Below, one piece after another: positions 26,221-41,257 of a stretch of 63,823 bases of DNA. This stretch comes from Octopus bimaculoides (Eukaryota): positions 71,693,449 to 71,757,271 of the forward strand of contig NC_068986.1 in the NCBI RefSeq assembly GCF_001194135.2. Direction: 5' to 3'. The number at the start of each line of letters is the position of its first letter. The first letter of the stretch is position 1. The notes under the pieces were generated by a model. The model was given only the letters and a program-made list of their open reading frames with translations. It did no database searches and had not been told where the DNA came from. A program made the position numbers and the translations under genes.

Positions 26221-27639
26221 NNNNNNNNNNNNNNNNNNNNNNNNNNNNNNNNNNNNNNNNNNNNNNNNNNNNNNNNNNNNNNNNNNNNNNNNNNNNNNNN
26301 NNNNNNNNNNNNNNNNNNNNNNNNNNNNNNNNNNNNNNNNNNNNNNNNNNNNNNNNNNNNNNNNNNNNNNNNNNNNNNNNNNNNNNNNNNNNNNNNNNNN
26401 NNNNNNNNNNNNNNNNNNNNNNNNNNNNNNNNNNNNNNNNNNNNNNNNNNNNNNNNNNNNNNNNNNNNNNNNNNNNNNNNNNNNNNNNNNNNNNNNNNNN
26501 NNNNNNNNNNNNNNNNNNNNNNNNNNNNNNNNNNNNNNNNNNNNNNNNNNNNNNNNNNNNNNNNNNNNNNNNNNNNNNNNNNNNNNNNNNNNNNNNNNNN
26601 NNNNNNNNNNNNNNNNNNNNNNNNNNNNNNNNNNNNNNNNNNNNNNNNNNNNNNNNNNNNNNNNNNNNNNNNNNNNNNNNNNNNNNNNNNNNNNNNNNNN
26701 NNNNNNNNNNNNNNNNNNNNNNNNNNNNNNNNNNNNNNNNNNNNNNNNNNNNNNNNNNNNNNNNNNNNNNNNNNNNNNNNNNNNNNNNNNNNNNNNNNNN
26801 NNNNNNNNNNNNNNNNNNNNNNNNNNNNNNNNNNNNNNNNNNNNNNNNNNNNNNNNNNNNNNNNNNNNNNNNNNNNNNNNNNNNNNNNNNNNNNNNNNNN
26901 NNNNNNNNNNNNNNNNNNNNNNNNNNNNNNNNNNNNNNNNNNNNNNNNNNNNNNNNNNNNNNNNNNNNNNNNNNNNNNNNNNNNNNNNNNNNNNNNNNNN
27001 NNNNNNNNNNNNNNNNNNNNNNNNNNCATATGGTATATATATGCATAAGTAAATGAAAACAAAAGAAATGTTGCGTAGTTCTTTAAGTGTTTATATCTAA
27101 TTGGATTGCGCACAAGAATCAATACCGGCTAAAGGGATCGAGTACATTTGGTTTGATAGAAAGATGGCTCACATGTCGGTTGTTGCCACAAGTCAAAGAA
27201 GTCATGTGACAAGTAAAAAATGGTTTGAATGAAAATTGAAAATATGATATTTGATTTATTGAGTTCAGTTGTATAACTCCACATGCAACTGCGTATACGT
27301 ATATGCAAGTTTGCATACGAGCATGTATGCGAACATTGAGCATGCATTCTCACACACATACACACGCAAACACACACACACATGCAAGCGTATACACACA
27401 CGCACTTACAAACAAAATATATACGCACATGCAGATATAGATACATATAACATCAAGATCGACGGAAAGAATTGCTACAGAGTTCCAAATATTGATAAAA
27501 GCTTGGTTGTACAGAAAGCTATACATGAACAAAATAATCAATGCATAGAAACACTGAGACCAGCTGATCAAAAACTGATATCGATAGTTTCGAGACCACA
27601 GTCATCGCTACGTCGCCTAAATTACTTGTCAGATTTTAT

Positions 27640-28780
27640 TCTTAACTCTGAACGCCGAAAGGTACCACCTTATGTATGACAAAACATGGATTTCTTGAAA
27701 TATTTCCCATAAACTGTCCTAAAGTATACTAATATTAACAAGTTAATATTAACTTAGCTAGCATTCATACCAATATACCACACATACTGCGCTTAACAGT
27801 ATCTAGATGCTAGGTATTTAAACATAAAGACTTGATAAACTTCATCATCAAAGCTTTATAGTTAATATTGGAAACAATCACCTTCAACTTGGATGGAAAA
27901 GCATATAGGCAGATTAGAAGTAACAATGGATAGAATAGTTGCACTGTCTTATATAAATCTTTTAAATGGATACCTTAAAGAGGCGGTGTTTCATGAAATA
28001 TACACGATTTTCAACCAAAACTTTAACGAATGTCTGAGAAATTTAAACGTCTTCTCCACCACTAGTACTTTTGTTGAAAGGAAGAGTCACATGTAATATT
28101 TTAACATCGTAAACAATCTCCATGTGTCTATCTGATTCACTATGGAATCGATGAAAAAGATTCGGTATTCTTAGACACCTCGTAAAATTATGTAATATCA
28201 GGGAGTATAGTAACAGGCATATTTTGTGAAAAGACCGGCCGTTAAACACCAATGTTTGCATTATCTCTTGTCTTTCAACACTTATTAAACGGAACATCCT
28301 ATATTGCACAGCTGCATACATGTACGTAATAGTGGCCAATGCATGACTACGATAAGTGAATGACTTTTGAAACTACTAAAATACCCCCGGATATTGATAA
28401 AGAGCAAGATTAGCAAAGCAAAGAAATTAGGTGTATCGCATTTTAGATCATCTAAAGGAAACGTTGAGGAAAATGTAAACCTGTTTTTCAACACATTTGA
28501 TCCGAGTATGACATATGTATTTACTTCCCTCAAAGCTACGTTTAAATTCATTTCTTTTCTCACTCAAAACTTAAGGAACAGATCGTCGAAAGCTCACAAA
28601 ATCAGCCGCAAGCATCAGTAGGGAGCTCATGAAACACCATACTATGGCAACATTCTTGCCAGAAAATATGTGAAGATTGCAAGTCAGGAAATAGAAGCAC
28701 TGACAATTTCAACTACTTGCAGACTGGCCCTAAAACTGAATAAGTCTGCTTAAATAAATAGCAACACTATACAGACCAAG
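27640..28780 (+). pseudogene. Decayed Penelope-like (Neptune-like) RT
   Basis: Frames give MDFLKYFP, SIHTNIPH (SLYTNIPH motif), FIIKAL*LILE..TFNLDGKAYRQIR and FKRLL (RYLDD region). Many lesions. Confidence 0.6.
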
Positions 28781-28819
28781 TGAAAATATTTCTGATTTGA
28801 AAAGCCTCAATAAGTTGAA

Positions 28820-29560
28820 AGCCTCAATTGATTTAAAGTGCACTTTCAACCTCTTCATTTTCATCTATTTTTACCTTCTTTCCGTTCTTCTGCTTTTCGG
28901 TTCGAATTGCTTGATTATATCGTTTTCTCTATCTTGCTGGAGATCTTCAGAGGGCCATCTTCCAATCTTTTGGATACCGATTCTCAACTGTACTGGTCCA
29001 CCTGCTGTCTGTAAGTTCTACGATATACCCGTTCCGGGTAAATTTGAGCTTTCGGTATTCTGCAATTGTTTTGTTCATCCCTCTCTTTTCTCAATTACAT
29101 CTCAATTACGATATTGCTAGCACGAAACTTTGTATGGCCCTATGTATTGTAATTAACCATTCTTATTCATTTTTTGTAATATCCCACGTCTCACTTTCGT
29201 AATAAGAGTACGAGTAGGTGTATGTATTGGAAAGATTGGAGCCCGGTGTCTTGTCCAGCTGTGTTTTGAACACATATTTAATCCACGCAAACGCCTTAAA
29301 TCCTCCTTTTACTTTGCGCAATATTTCATCGTTCCTATTTCGGTATATATTTCCTGACTGTCCTAACTAGGCATATTCCTATATCTCCTCAATTGTATCG
29401 TATACTACGTTTTTAGAGAGCATCTGTCTTGTCTTCATGTATATTTTGAGGGGCCTTCTAAGGGTCCCTAGTTGTTCAGTTTTGTCAAAAACGTCTGCAT
29501 CTTAAATGTTTCTGAGACGAAAAGGATGTGTATTAGTAGATCGCCGTTGATGAGGCAATC
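28820..29560 (-). mobile_element. 3' part of an RTE-clade LINE
   Basis: Minus-strand frames give YA*LGQS, EILRKVKGGFKAFAWIK, YYESETWDIT, GYIVELTDSRWT and a KR..GRPP.R-like end, as in RTE RT C-termini. Confidence 0.75.
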
Positions 29561-29879
29561 TTTCTGGTTGATGTGTTTAACGACCAATTTCAGACATCCC
29601 ATATGAGAGATTCTCTCATGTTAACTATCGTAGTATTCTGTGATCTAACACAAAATTCACTTTTAAGAGGGGATATATATTACCTTTTGGTATTAATACT
29701 GATTCGGTCGCTAATAATTTTATACAACCACATATACACACACATCACACACACGCATGCACACAATAAGTATATATGTTCCTATTTATGTATGAATGTT
29801 CGTGAACATGTATCAGGTATGCATGTATATATTCTAGTTCATAAGGACTGTTTTAGTTCATAATCAAAATAACGGTATC

Positions 29880-30350
29880 AGGCATTGGGAAGCTTAGTTG
29901 AATTATTTCTTCGAAATGAATGATTTTATTTTTCGAATTGATATTCGCCACAGAAATTGTTACAAAATGGTTTTGTAAATATGGAACAATATAGAAATAA
30001 CTTAAGCAGAGAATACCGATCCGTACACAACCTATGAGTAAGCGTAGCAAATCTTGAAAGAATCTGTATCTCATTTTTGCACAGTGAAGAATGATGAGAA
30101 AGAAGTTGAAATTAAGTGGCCGCTGGTACTGACTGCCGAGAAAATAAAAGATATATAGGAAATTGCAGAATGTAGTGGTCAAAACATTGTGGAAAACTGT
30201 ACAGGTAACTCACTGATTGGAAAATAACTTTTGTATCCTGGTCCAAAACCGTGAAATAAAGGGAAATTGGGAAATTTCGCGTCTGATTGTTGTTAAGAAA
30301 CGAGTTTTTGAAAATAGAACTGAGTAATATATGTGAGTTACGAAACAAAT
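29880..30350 (+). pseudogene. Possible decayed L1/Tx1 ORF2 C-terminal fragment
   Basis: Loose similarity (KTLWKT...SG) to L1/Tx1 C-termini. Heavily mutated. Confidence 0.35.
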
Positions 30351-30454
30351 AAATATATTTAAAGGACCACCTTAATCGATATCTAAAGGCGAAAAAGTTA
30401 CAAGATTTTAGTATCCGTAAACAAATTAAAATAATTATGCATTTAGAGGTATGC

Positions 30455-30546
30455 AGTTGATAATGATGATGATTATAATAATAATACTAATACTAATAAT
30501 AAAAATGATGATGATGAGGATGATGACGATGCTGATAGCAACAACA

Positions 30547-30577
<31 letters not shown>

Positions 30578-30578
30578 C

Positions 30579-30611
<33 letters not shown>

Positions 30612-30624
30612 GATGTTGATAATG

Positions 30625-30713
<89 letters not shown>

Positions 30714-30715
30714 TT
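30455..30715. repeat. Compound trinucleotide microsatellite (GAT/AAT/AAC/GAC)
   Basis: In-register trinucleotide units that drift from one motif to the next. Confidence 0.95.
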
Positions 30716-32499
30716 ACCAAGTAATAATAAAGAGGTAACATGTGAAGGCTTACCTCGTAAATAACTTATATATCTGAGACATAAATTTGTTTTTAGTATT
30801 CTCTTCACTCAGTGGAAATTTAAACAGAGTTTGATAAGAAAATTATTAGCTGAATTAAAAAGAGAAGGAAATCTCACGGAGACAGTTAATAGATGGGAAT
30901 GTTGGTAAATTTAAATTAATTTGAATTACGTTCAAACAATGAAGGACAAAAAAATTATAGTTAATGATGAAGTAAAATGAACATGTTAAGTTGTAAATTA
31001 TCACGTTAAGTATTAAATAAATAGTTGGTATATGTATATATATATAAATATATATATATACCCAATAGAGCAAAATAAAATTAGATGAAGTAAATTGAGG
31101 TAAAAGGAGGCGGTTGATTACATTAAAGAAATAGAATGATCAACTTATGAAAGAAAAAGAAATAGATTTATGAGACAAAATGAAATAGAATTATGAGAGA
31201 AAATAAAATAGATGTGCGAGAGAAAATGAAATAAATTTATGAGAGAAAAGAAAATATATTTATGAGAGATAATAAAATTGATTAATGAGAGAAAATGAAA
31301 TGGATGAAACGAAGTAGGGGAACGCAAAATAAACTAACTGAAACAAAGGGATTAAAACTGTATAAATTCTCAGAGTTAGGAATTTAGGAATATTAGATAA
31401 ATTGTAGATGTACATTAATACTGAGATGAGACTGAATACCAGACTAAAATAGTTTATGAATCAAGAATAATTGAATGAGGTAAATAGGTAATTATTGTAA
31501 TGTAAATACAAAGGTAAATAAAGTAGATTATAAAGATATTTGGAAATTATGGTATTGTTTTAGTCTTAATAAAAGTCAAGTAGTGTATGTGGTGTAATAG
31601 TTGTATATAATGAAAATACGTTTTAACTGGAAGAGTTGTGTGGTTGAAGTAGTTTAAGAATGTGTTAAAGGAGACATTGTAATCGTGTGATGAATTTATA
31701 TTATCCAAATGAAATTTTAAAAAAAGCAGCAATATGTTTATCTAATTAAAAGTCTTCTCTAATTACAAAGAACCGTTACAAATTTTTATAAATATCTGTC
31801 TTTGAAGAACAAAGATTCCTTTAGGGATGTTTATTAAGCTTGGGAGCTTTAGAGAAGCTGAGCTCTCATATGTACAAGTTGTATGGCTTTTTCTTTCCAG
31901 TACAGGAGTTAGCTCTTTATAAGTTATTTAATATCAACTAATAATTTAAGTAATTGTTTGTACTTTCTAGATACTACACGGCAATGAAAATTCATTAAAT
32001 TATTAAGGTTTTAAAAGGTGGGGGCAAGATTATTAAAGTGATTTTAAAAGGAATCGTCCTAAGATCGATGAGTGTCACAGGACAAATATTACTTTGTACA
32101 CTGCTATTGTTAAATTATATATTATTCGCTAGAGAGCTGGAGTCTAAGAGATATGGATTGGATCAATGGAGTAAAAACTAGAGGGAGATTGATTTGCGTT
32201 AACCAGGTTCAGAGTGGAAAGGAAAGACAAGTAAATCAATGCGAATTGACAAGCACCCCATACGATTAGGTTTACAAGGGCACACACAAATGCAAATACA
32301 CACATGAATATATATGTGTGTGCGCGCGCTTACATACATAACACAGGCATATACAAATGCAAACATACATATAAACATATTTGCAGAGAAAGAGTATGAG
32401 GGACAAAAGGAGAGACTGATATATACACAGATATAGTGGCATACGTACAAAAATGTGTGTGTATATACACATACATACATACACACATAAATACATAGA

Positions 32500-32560
<61 letters not shown>

Positions 32561-33446
32561 GTGTGTGTTTATATAAATGTATGTAATATGCGCCTGTACG
32601 CACACACACAGACATACACACAGCATACACACACACACGCGCACAAACACGCGCGCGTGAACATGCTCACCTATATTAGGTATATCTAATCAAATGATGA
32701 AGTGATCCATAATTCGAAGAATGACTCATAACTCAATACATCCAGTATAATTTTGTTCATAACAATATCATGCATGTTATAACACGCTTATATAATAGAC
32801 AAGTCGTCTGGAGATCTGAATTAGTACATTCAGTTTCATCATTCCAGTTGTTAAAGAGAGAAATATTAAGGGAAAATGGGATCATTGATCGAGAAGCAAA
32901 CATGAAAGAGATGAAGCAAGGCAATGTAGAGAGTAGGTGGACTATTATCAATAGATATATAGAAGGCCTTCTTTTGTAGTAAAAAAAAAACTGTAAGCAA
33001 GAGAATATATCAAAATGGAGAGTAGAAATTTCAAAGGAAAAATGTGGGAGGAGATATTTACAACATTTGGGAACACCCTATTTATACCGTCTACTCTTGA
33101 TAGCATTTTATTCTCATCCTTTGTTTTATATGCTCCCTCATTCGTAGCTTCCCTTTGCACACAGACACGCGCACACATATAAATGAAATTCACATGTATA
33201 AATTTATATTAACGGTAGTATATACATATATTTATATTATGTATTGACACACACATAATGCATATTCACATTCACACGCCCAAAAGCACGTACAAGCAGA
33301 CACATGCACGCAAATTCATACTCACACAGACACATACAATGCGCCAGAACTTCAAGCATTTAATCATGATGAAATTTATAATATATCTATATGTGTGCAC
33401 GTGTGTGTGCATGTGTATGTATGTGTGTGTACGCGCGCGCAACCGT

Positions 33447-33494
<48 letters not shown>

Positions 33495-33875
33495 NNNNNN
33501 NNNNNNNNNNNNNNNNNNNNNNNNNNNNNNNNNNNNNNNNNNNNNNNNNNNNNNNNNNNNNNNNNNNNNNNNNNNNNNNNNNNNNNNNNNNNNNNNNNNN
33601 NNNNNNNNNNNNNNNNNNNNNNNNNNNNNNNNNNNNNNNNNNNNNNNNNNNNNNNNNNNNNNNNNNNNNNNNNNNNNNNNNNNNNNNNNNNNNNNNNNNN
33701 NNNNNNNNNNNNNNNNNNNNNNNNNNNNNNNNNNNNNNNNNNNNNNNNNNNNNNNNNNNNNNNNNNNNNNNNNNNNNNNNNNNNNNNNNNNNNNNNNNNN
33801 NNNNNNNNNNNNNNNNNNNNNNNNNNNNNNNNNNNNNNNNNNNNNNNNNNNNNNNNNNNNNNNNNNNNNNNNNNN

Positions 33876-33914
<39 letters not shown>

Positions 33915-36068
33915 ATGAAAAACAACAAATTCAGTGCATGGCAAATAAATCGTAATGGTTAAGAACGTTTAATCCCTAAAATGCAGTGAAAATAATTAAC
34001 AGTATTTGTCATTGGAAAGCTTTAATCAATGACGCTAAATCCGAATTCAACAATCTACTGTTTCGGATCTTATATTAGCTTGACGGAAAACTCCTTTCTA
34101 ACTTTATTTCAACTTATTTTATCAACTTATTCACACATTTAAGAAATCTGAAAGAATATATGGACACAGCTTTTTCCATAACTATTTTGTGCTTGAAAAA
34201 GCAAAATGTGATGCATTTAAAATCCAATGGTTGATTATCAGTCACGTCTCGGCTTAGGGACATGGTAGTTTCCGTTTCAATCTGCATCGAAAACATTGTT
34301 TATATGAGAAATTATTGATCTTATTTCAATAACACAAAGGATTAAACGAGCGTTCAGAGAAGCTTGGTTATTGCAGACATTCTTAGAAATACCTACGTCA
34401 TATTATCCAAATGGTTAAAATTAAACAGCCCAAATTATAATTGAAAATCACTCGATAATATTTGTTTCACCATTTTATTAATTTCCACTTTTTAGAAATA
34501 CGCCATACATAAGCATTACGACTACTTTCTTTTTCTGTTAGGTTAACTGGATTAAATTTATCAGTAGTGCTCGCGATTGCAAAGGTATAACACATATATG
34601 TATGTGCACGTGTGTATAAGTATGCATGTTCCTATCAATATATGAGTGGGTATACATATATATATGTATATATTTGTGTGTATGTTCACGTGTGTGTGCG
34701 CATGAGCGTGTGTTTGCGTGTGTGTATATGTTGTCTGAAATGGTACACAAATTTCATATATTGCAAAATGTAGGTGGTCAGAATGTTAGATAATTATTTA
34801 TTGAATGCTTTCATTTTGTTTAAGAGATTCATCAGGAAGGATTTTTTACAGAAACGTTATGCCTATTATAAATATATGCACATGTAAGTTAATTGATAAA
34901 ATCTAGAGTTGAATTGGGAAGAGAATGTTCTTTGTGTTTTGAATCTAAATGTGCCTATATATGTGTGCGTATATGTGTCAATTTGTGCGTATATGTTTGT
35001 ATGGTGGAATTTTGGAGGCTTGGTTAGAGGGAGAATAAACAAAAAAAAAAAAAAGAAAGAAAGGTAGGAAGAACTAGAGAAGCCCAGAAAGAAAAAAAAA
35101 ACAGAAAGTAAAAAAGAAAGGGGTACTTTACCTGATATAGTTGAAATTGCATTGTTTGGTCACGCAATTTCAACCATCTCAGAAAAATGCCTCTTTCTCT
35201 CTTTTTCGTTTCTTTTCTCTTTCTTCCTGTCCTTTTTCATTCATTTTTTTCGTCTTCCTTTGTTCTCTCTCTAACCAAGCCAATGAAAATTCGCAATACA
35301 CACATACTTACTCACACATACAAATACACACACATATACACACACACATATTTATGCACACATACAGATTTAAAATAACAAAGAAGATTCTCTTCCCAAA
35401 TCAACTCCAGATTTTTTCAACTAATTCGCAAATATAGATAAAAGGTATAGATTTTCTGTAAAACAAATCATTCCTAATTAATCTCTGAAACCAGATGAAA
35501 GCGATAAAAAAAAATAATTATACAAAATTCTGGCTAAACCATTTAATATATGTATGAATGTACTCGCATAATATACCGATCGATGCACAGAAAGATTTCC
35601 TTCTGTTTGTGTAGCAAGAATATTGAGTCTTGCCTTATGCGTGTGAAAGAGTGTTGATAGAAGAACTACATACGCATGAAAAACTTGGGTGGCAAATGCT
35701 TGTGCTACATTGATATAGAACTTGTCGACTTTCTTAATCCGTTAACGTGAAAGCAATATCTGTCGTAATGGTCAGGTATTACTAAGATCACAGGTTTTTA
35801 TATACGACTATCTATTATGCGCAACTAGAAATGCATGTAAAATACGCGTGTATATGCATATATAAAATTATAAGATAACCTTAATTCCTCGGAATACGCA
35901 TAAACCACCCTCCTCACCAGACAAACGACGGCCCAGCAGGTTAACCTAGCTTACATGATTACTCGTATCAAGTTGTACGTTTTCAGACTTTGATCTATGA
36001 CTGATGATATATCCATTCACCCATATATACATACATTCATGCCTATATACATACGTATATGTTCGTCG

Positions 36069-36134
<66 letters not shown>

Positions 36135-36999
36135 CATACACATATCAACTCATCGATATGTGTGCGTATTAATTCAGGTGTCACAAGATTTCAGGGGACA
36201 ATTTAAATTCAATAGCTATGCACACGATATAGCTATTTTTAAAATAGTCAAACTTTTGCCTTGCAGTGAAAATTAAGCAGTAGAGGTTTTATGTCTCGGT
36301 TGCTAGAAAATGTAGGTTCTGTTAGACTGCCTTTTAGCCTTCATTTCTTTTTAAAACTTACATGTAAGACGAACATTTAATATTCTTAGAAGTTAATCTA
36401 TTTTGGGAATTTTCAGATTTTTCGAAATTTATTAGATACTGTCCTACTTTTCTTCGCATGCAGCGCTCTGGCATATCCAATTTGTGTACTTTTGACAGCG
36501 ATGTCAAAATTGAATTTGTATTGCTAATGGCCTTACATGTGTGCCTGCATGACTGATGTGTGCACATATGTGTATGCATATTTTATTTACATTTGGCATT
36601 TACTTCACGACTTTAGTTTGAAACACTTCATGCAAGAGATATTACAATTCGGGATGTTTTATTTTATAACTTCCCTTGTGTTTATACTCGTATGCACCTG
36701 TTGACTAGTTTGTTTTATATGCCCATGGATTGGCTCTTATTTTTTGTCCTCTAAATTAGCTGCTATATTTCTTTGTATGTAGCCGAAAGTTAATTTTCAT
36801 TAGGGCCATGTTTAAATGCAGACATTCTGTTTGTTGCTTTATGTTTGCTGTATTTAAGGGCAATTTGTATCGTTATGATTTTATTTGTTGAATTTATCTG
36901 TTAATTGCATTTTAGGTATTTTTAACTTACTTTCATTAGAAGATAATTGATTATGGAAAATGAGGATGATATTTTTTGTTTTTGTATTGTAGATCAGGA

Positions 37000-37440
37000 A
37001 TACAAAATTATAAAACGCACCATAAATCACCAAACAAATATCATGCCAAAGTACACGCAAAACACACCTGCAAACTCATGCAAGTGCCCCGAAACAAGAG
37101 CATGCCCTCTACGTGAAAACCGCCTAAAGACGGACAAAGTCTGCAAAGCAGCAATATCACAAGAATTACAAATGGAAAGAAAAAAAAATTCATCAGCGCT
37201 ACAAGCGGGATATTTCATAGATAGACACACGCAACACACGCACATATTCCAGGATATGAAGAGAATAAACGCTACATCTGTCTGAACGTATCTGAGAGTT
37301 AAAACAAAATGATGTAATCGCCAAAATAAAATGGAAAATAACTGGCTGAGCAACATCATGCATAAGTAGTTCCGCATTACGCCCTTTGTGCATCACAGAA
37401 GAACACGACATAATGATACAAAACAATTTCAATCCTTATG
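37000..37440 (+). pseudogene. Naiad-type PLE linker plus GIY-YIG fragment
   Basis: SCKCPETRACPLRENRLKTDKVCKAAI (CNC...CPL..CL...VYKA motif), H..IFQD.KRINAT and a decayed CxLC region. Confidence 0.7.
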
Positions 37441-37970
37441 TAGATGTAGCTTATAGGTCTGCCTGATTTGCATATAATACATTAGTCAGCACGTTGCTTA
37501 TTAAATGTATATATATATATATATATATGATAGATAGATAGATAGATAGATANNNNNNNNNNNNNNNNNNNNNNNNNNNNNNNNNNNNNNNNNNNNNNNN
37601 NNNNNNNNNNNNNNNNNNNNNNNNNNNNNNNNNNNNNNNNNNNNNNNNNNNNNNNNNNNNNNNNNNNNNNNNNNNNNNNNNNNNNNNNNNNNNNNNNNNN
37701 NNNNNNNNNNNNNNNNNNNNNNNNNNNNNNNNNNNNNNNNNNNNNNNNNNNNNNNNNNNNNNNNNNNNNNNNNNNNNNNNNNNNNNNNNNNNNNNNNNNN
37801 NNNNNNNNNNNNNNNNNNNNNNNNNNNNNNNNNNNNNNNNNNNNNNNNNNNNNNNNNNNNNNNNNNNNNNNNNNNNNNNNNNATATATATGTATACATAT
37901 ATATACATAGACGTATATATACATAGACGTATATATACATATACATATGTATATATATATATATATATAT

Positions 37971-38006
<36 letters not shown>

Positions 38007-39893
38007 TGGTGAGTGACAAAGAGAAAGAGAGAGAGGGAGAGAGTTATTTTTCAGATCTAAACCTAAGGGTGCATCTTTTCTGATGAGATGACTATCATTC
38101 CCAAAACAGGTCTCTAAGATGTTTTTCTATTGTTTTACCTTTTTATCATCTTCAATAGTCACAGTTGATTCCGAATGAATAACTTTAAACTTATTGATAT
38201 TAAACGTATCAGATTATTTGATTATACTGTTCTCTCTATAAAAAACTATGCTATTTCATTACCTTCAGGACCGATCACCGAACTTAATGAAAGTCAGATA
38301 CTGCTATATAAAGTAATTAAGATGCTTAGTTCGTCCCATAAGGGAGCAATTTCCCCTACTTTGATGAGTATAAGTATTCTTAGTTACATTCTTTACGTAG
38401 ATGAAATATAATGTTTCAAGACATAGCTTTAGAAAATATGTGTTTGAAACAATCGTAAGTTTATCTCCATTCTTCATTTATCAGGTATGCTTGCGATATC
38501 TTTATGTACATGTACTAACTCTATATATATGGTGTGTTTATGTGAGCATATGTATATAAGTATATAGTAACATTTAAAGGACTAAATATGTTACCGTTTT
38601 TGTTTTAAACAGGTTTTTTATTGCCATTTGTTCATAAGAACATTACGTTTTTTTTTTTAATTCAATTTGTTACACTTGAAAAAATTTGATCAAATTGAAC
38701 CACATAACAATTAATATTCTGACATATAATCAATATGTGCGTCCGTGTGTGTGTGTTTGCTTGTGCGTACACATATATAAATATACAGATGTATCGATAC
38801 GTAAAGTTTGAGTAAGATATTATTCCTTAACGAATAATAAAATGGAAATAAAATTAGAGGGTACGGAGAAAGACGAGGTGTAAAAAAAGAGGAACGGTGC
38901 AGAAAACAAACAAGATAGGAAAGGATACAAAAGAAATGAAAGGATGTACAAAGCAAAGAAATGTAATTGTATAACATGGTAAGAACGATATAGAACAAAA
39001 TAAAGTAGATGGATGGGTAAGAAGGGTATCATTGAATTGCATTTTGGCGTGTCGTAAATTATATAAATTTAACGTTAAAAGGGAATATACGTACAACGAA
39101 GAATTAAAATTAATTAGAAGAATGAAACTTCAAGCTTTACCTAACGGAAAACATAATGATATAAGAATATGCCTCACTGAGAACCTCAAGCAAGATGAAA
39201 ATATGTCAGTTGCTTTCACTAGTTGATTTCAAGACCATATACACTCCTTAATGTATTGTCTGTATTTTTGAAAAATTGGGATTGGGTGATATTGTTAGAA
39301 GTATGCGCATTAGGTATTTTCAAATTTTCAATAAAACTACAGCGAAGTTTGCAAAGATACTCCCATACTTATCAAAAATAGTCCACTCACTGTTACATAT
39401 GTGAGACATTAACGCATATGTAGTTAACATGCTGAAAGCTCTCCAGGGTTATTTTCACTTAGCTCTGTTCATAATATTCATAACCATTAATCATTAGTGT
39501 CTCTCTCTATTTAATGAACATTCCCAATAGAGATGAATATGATATGCTGAGCAAATTAAACAACATCAAAGCATTTTCAGCATGGATTTCAAGAAAGTTA
39601 TATTGGTAAGAAGGGTGTCATTGGAAAAAAAAAACGGCAGGCTTTGCTGAGCTAAAATACTAGGATATACAGATAAACATTTTTACAGAAAATTTGCAAT
39701 TGACATACTTTGAAAGTCTTTATACATATACACGGTGCATAAATAAGATGTAAGAAAATAGCACAACCTAGCACGGAGGTAGGCTGATCATGCAGAGATG
39801 ATGGCATATGCCTACTAAATGGTTATTAGGTTATTACAGCCATTAGACTATAATACTATATAAACAATAATAATAATATACCAATTCTATTAC

Positions 39894-39940
<47 letters not shown>

Positions 39941-40259
39941 CCATACATACATATGTATGTGTGTTGAAGTTATAAATTTGAAATTATCTTCTTAGTAACA
40001 AGTTCTTTAGCAAAGAAACTTTGCTATATATTTTTTACTTCGTGTGGTATTTTATTAGTTGACAACAGGAAGGGATTAGATTTTTCTGACTTCAGAATGC
40101 TGAATTCGTAACTTACTGTAAAACGAATGGAACAAGGTTGTATGATACACGTAGTTTGAGGTGGAGGATTATGATTAAGAACAAAACTTTTAAACACTTG
40201 TTTAAAGTTAAACAAATATCATTTGTTTTATATGCTCTAATACTTTTTCACCAATAAAA

Positions 40260-41033
40260 TATCTTTCTCTCAATAACAAACTACAGCAAAATGAACAAAA
40301 TGATGGAAACTGGGCATGCCTGAAATTACCTTGTTTGTAACGCAGTGTTAAAATCTTGAAGCTTACAACTGGCATGGAAGCAACAATTTATGGTGATCAA
40401 AATTTAGGATTATTTGCTCACCAGTTGCCACAGCTTGGTGAAAGAACAAGTTTCTATGGATTCCAAAAACAAAGATCTTTTATCAACAATCATTACTGTT
40501 CCAGCGTGTTCATGAATTAATAGGAAAACTATATTTAATAATTTATTGCTACAAAGACTTTATTTGGATGTGTGAAAAAGCAGTATTAGACTTAGATTTA
40601 GGTTTGTCATGAGGTCTAAGACACACAAATCCAAAACCTCATTTGGGTTTCATGGCGTATAAGTTATTATGATTACAATACTGCTCTCATAACAGAACGC
40701 CGAGCTATCGCAGGAAAAACGTTCCAGCTATTGCTGATATGTATTTACATTTAGTGTGGAACAACATGAACAGAGGAGTTTTGCTTTAAAACACAATGCA
40801 CTCCCGTTCCAGGAATCCCCACCCCGATTTTATGAACGTGAGTACAGCACGTTAAACAATAAGCCACATACCTTGACATAAAAAAGAATTTGATGCTAGA
40901 ACAATATCACATTTAAATTTAGCAGCCAAAATCTTACTCGAAGAGAATCAATTCAAATTATTATCGATCAAAATGAAGTTGCTAACTAAGCCATCTTTAA
41001 TGTCATAATTAGCGAAAGCGAAACCGGTCGACA
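40260..41033 (+). mobile_element. Possible old PLE 3' remnant ending in a decayed hammerhead motif
   Basis: IAGKTFQLL resembles YIGKT.R.L. At 41001-41033: TGTC-ATAATTA-GC(GAAA)GC-GAA-ACCGGT-C-GACA. Confidence 0.4.
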
Positions 41034-41167
41034 AACACAATATAAGATATATTTCAAATTATACTAAAACTATGTAAAGTGTGTGCATTTTCTTTCTTTA
41101 ATTTCTTATATATATATATATTACAACTCACCACGCGGGGATGATCGAAATTCCTCCCTTTCTGTTT

Positions 41168-41257
<90 letters not shown>

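Noticed and set aside
30455-30715. Poly-Asp/Asn acidic (biomineralisation-like) peptide
   Set aside because: The D/N frame has no start codon or splice acceptor, and a stop lies just upstream. It is a compound microsatellite.
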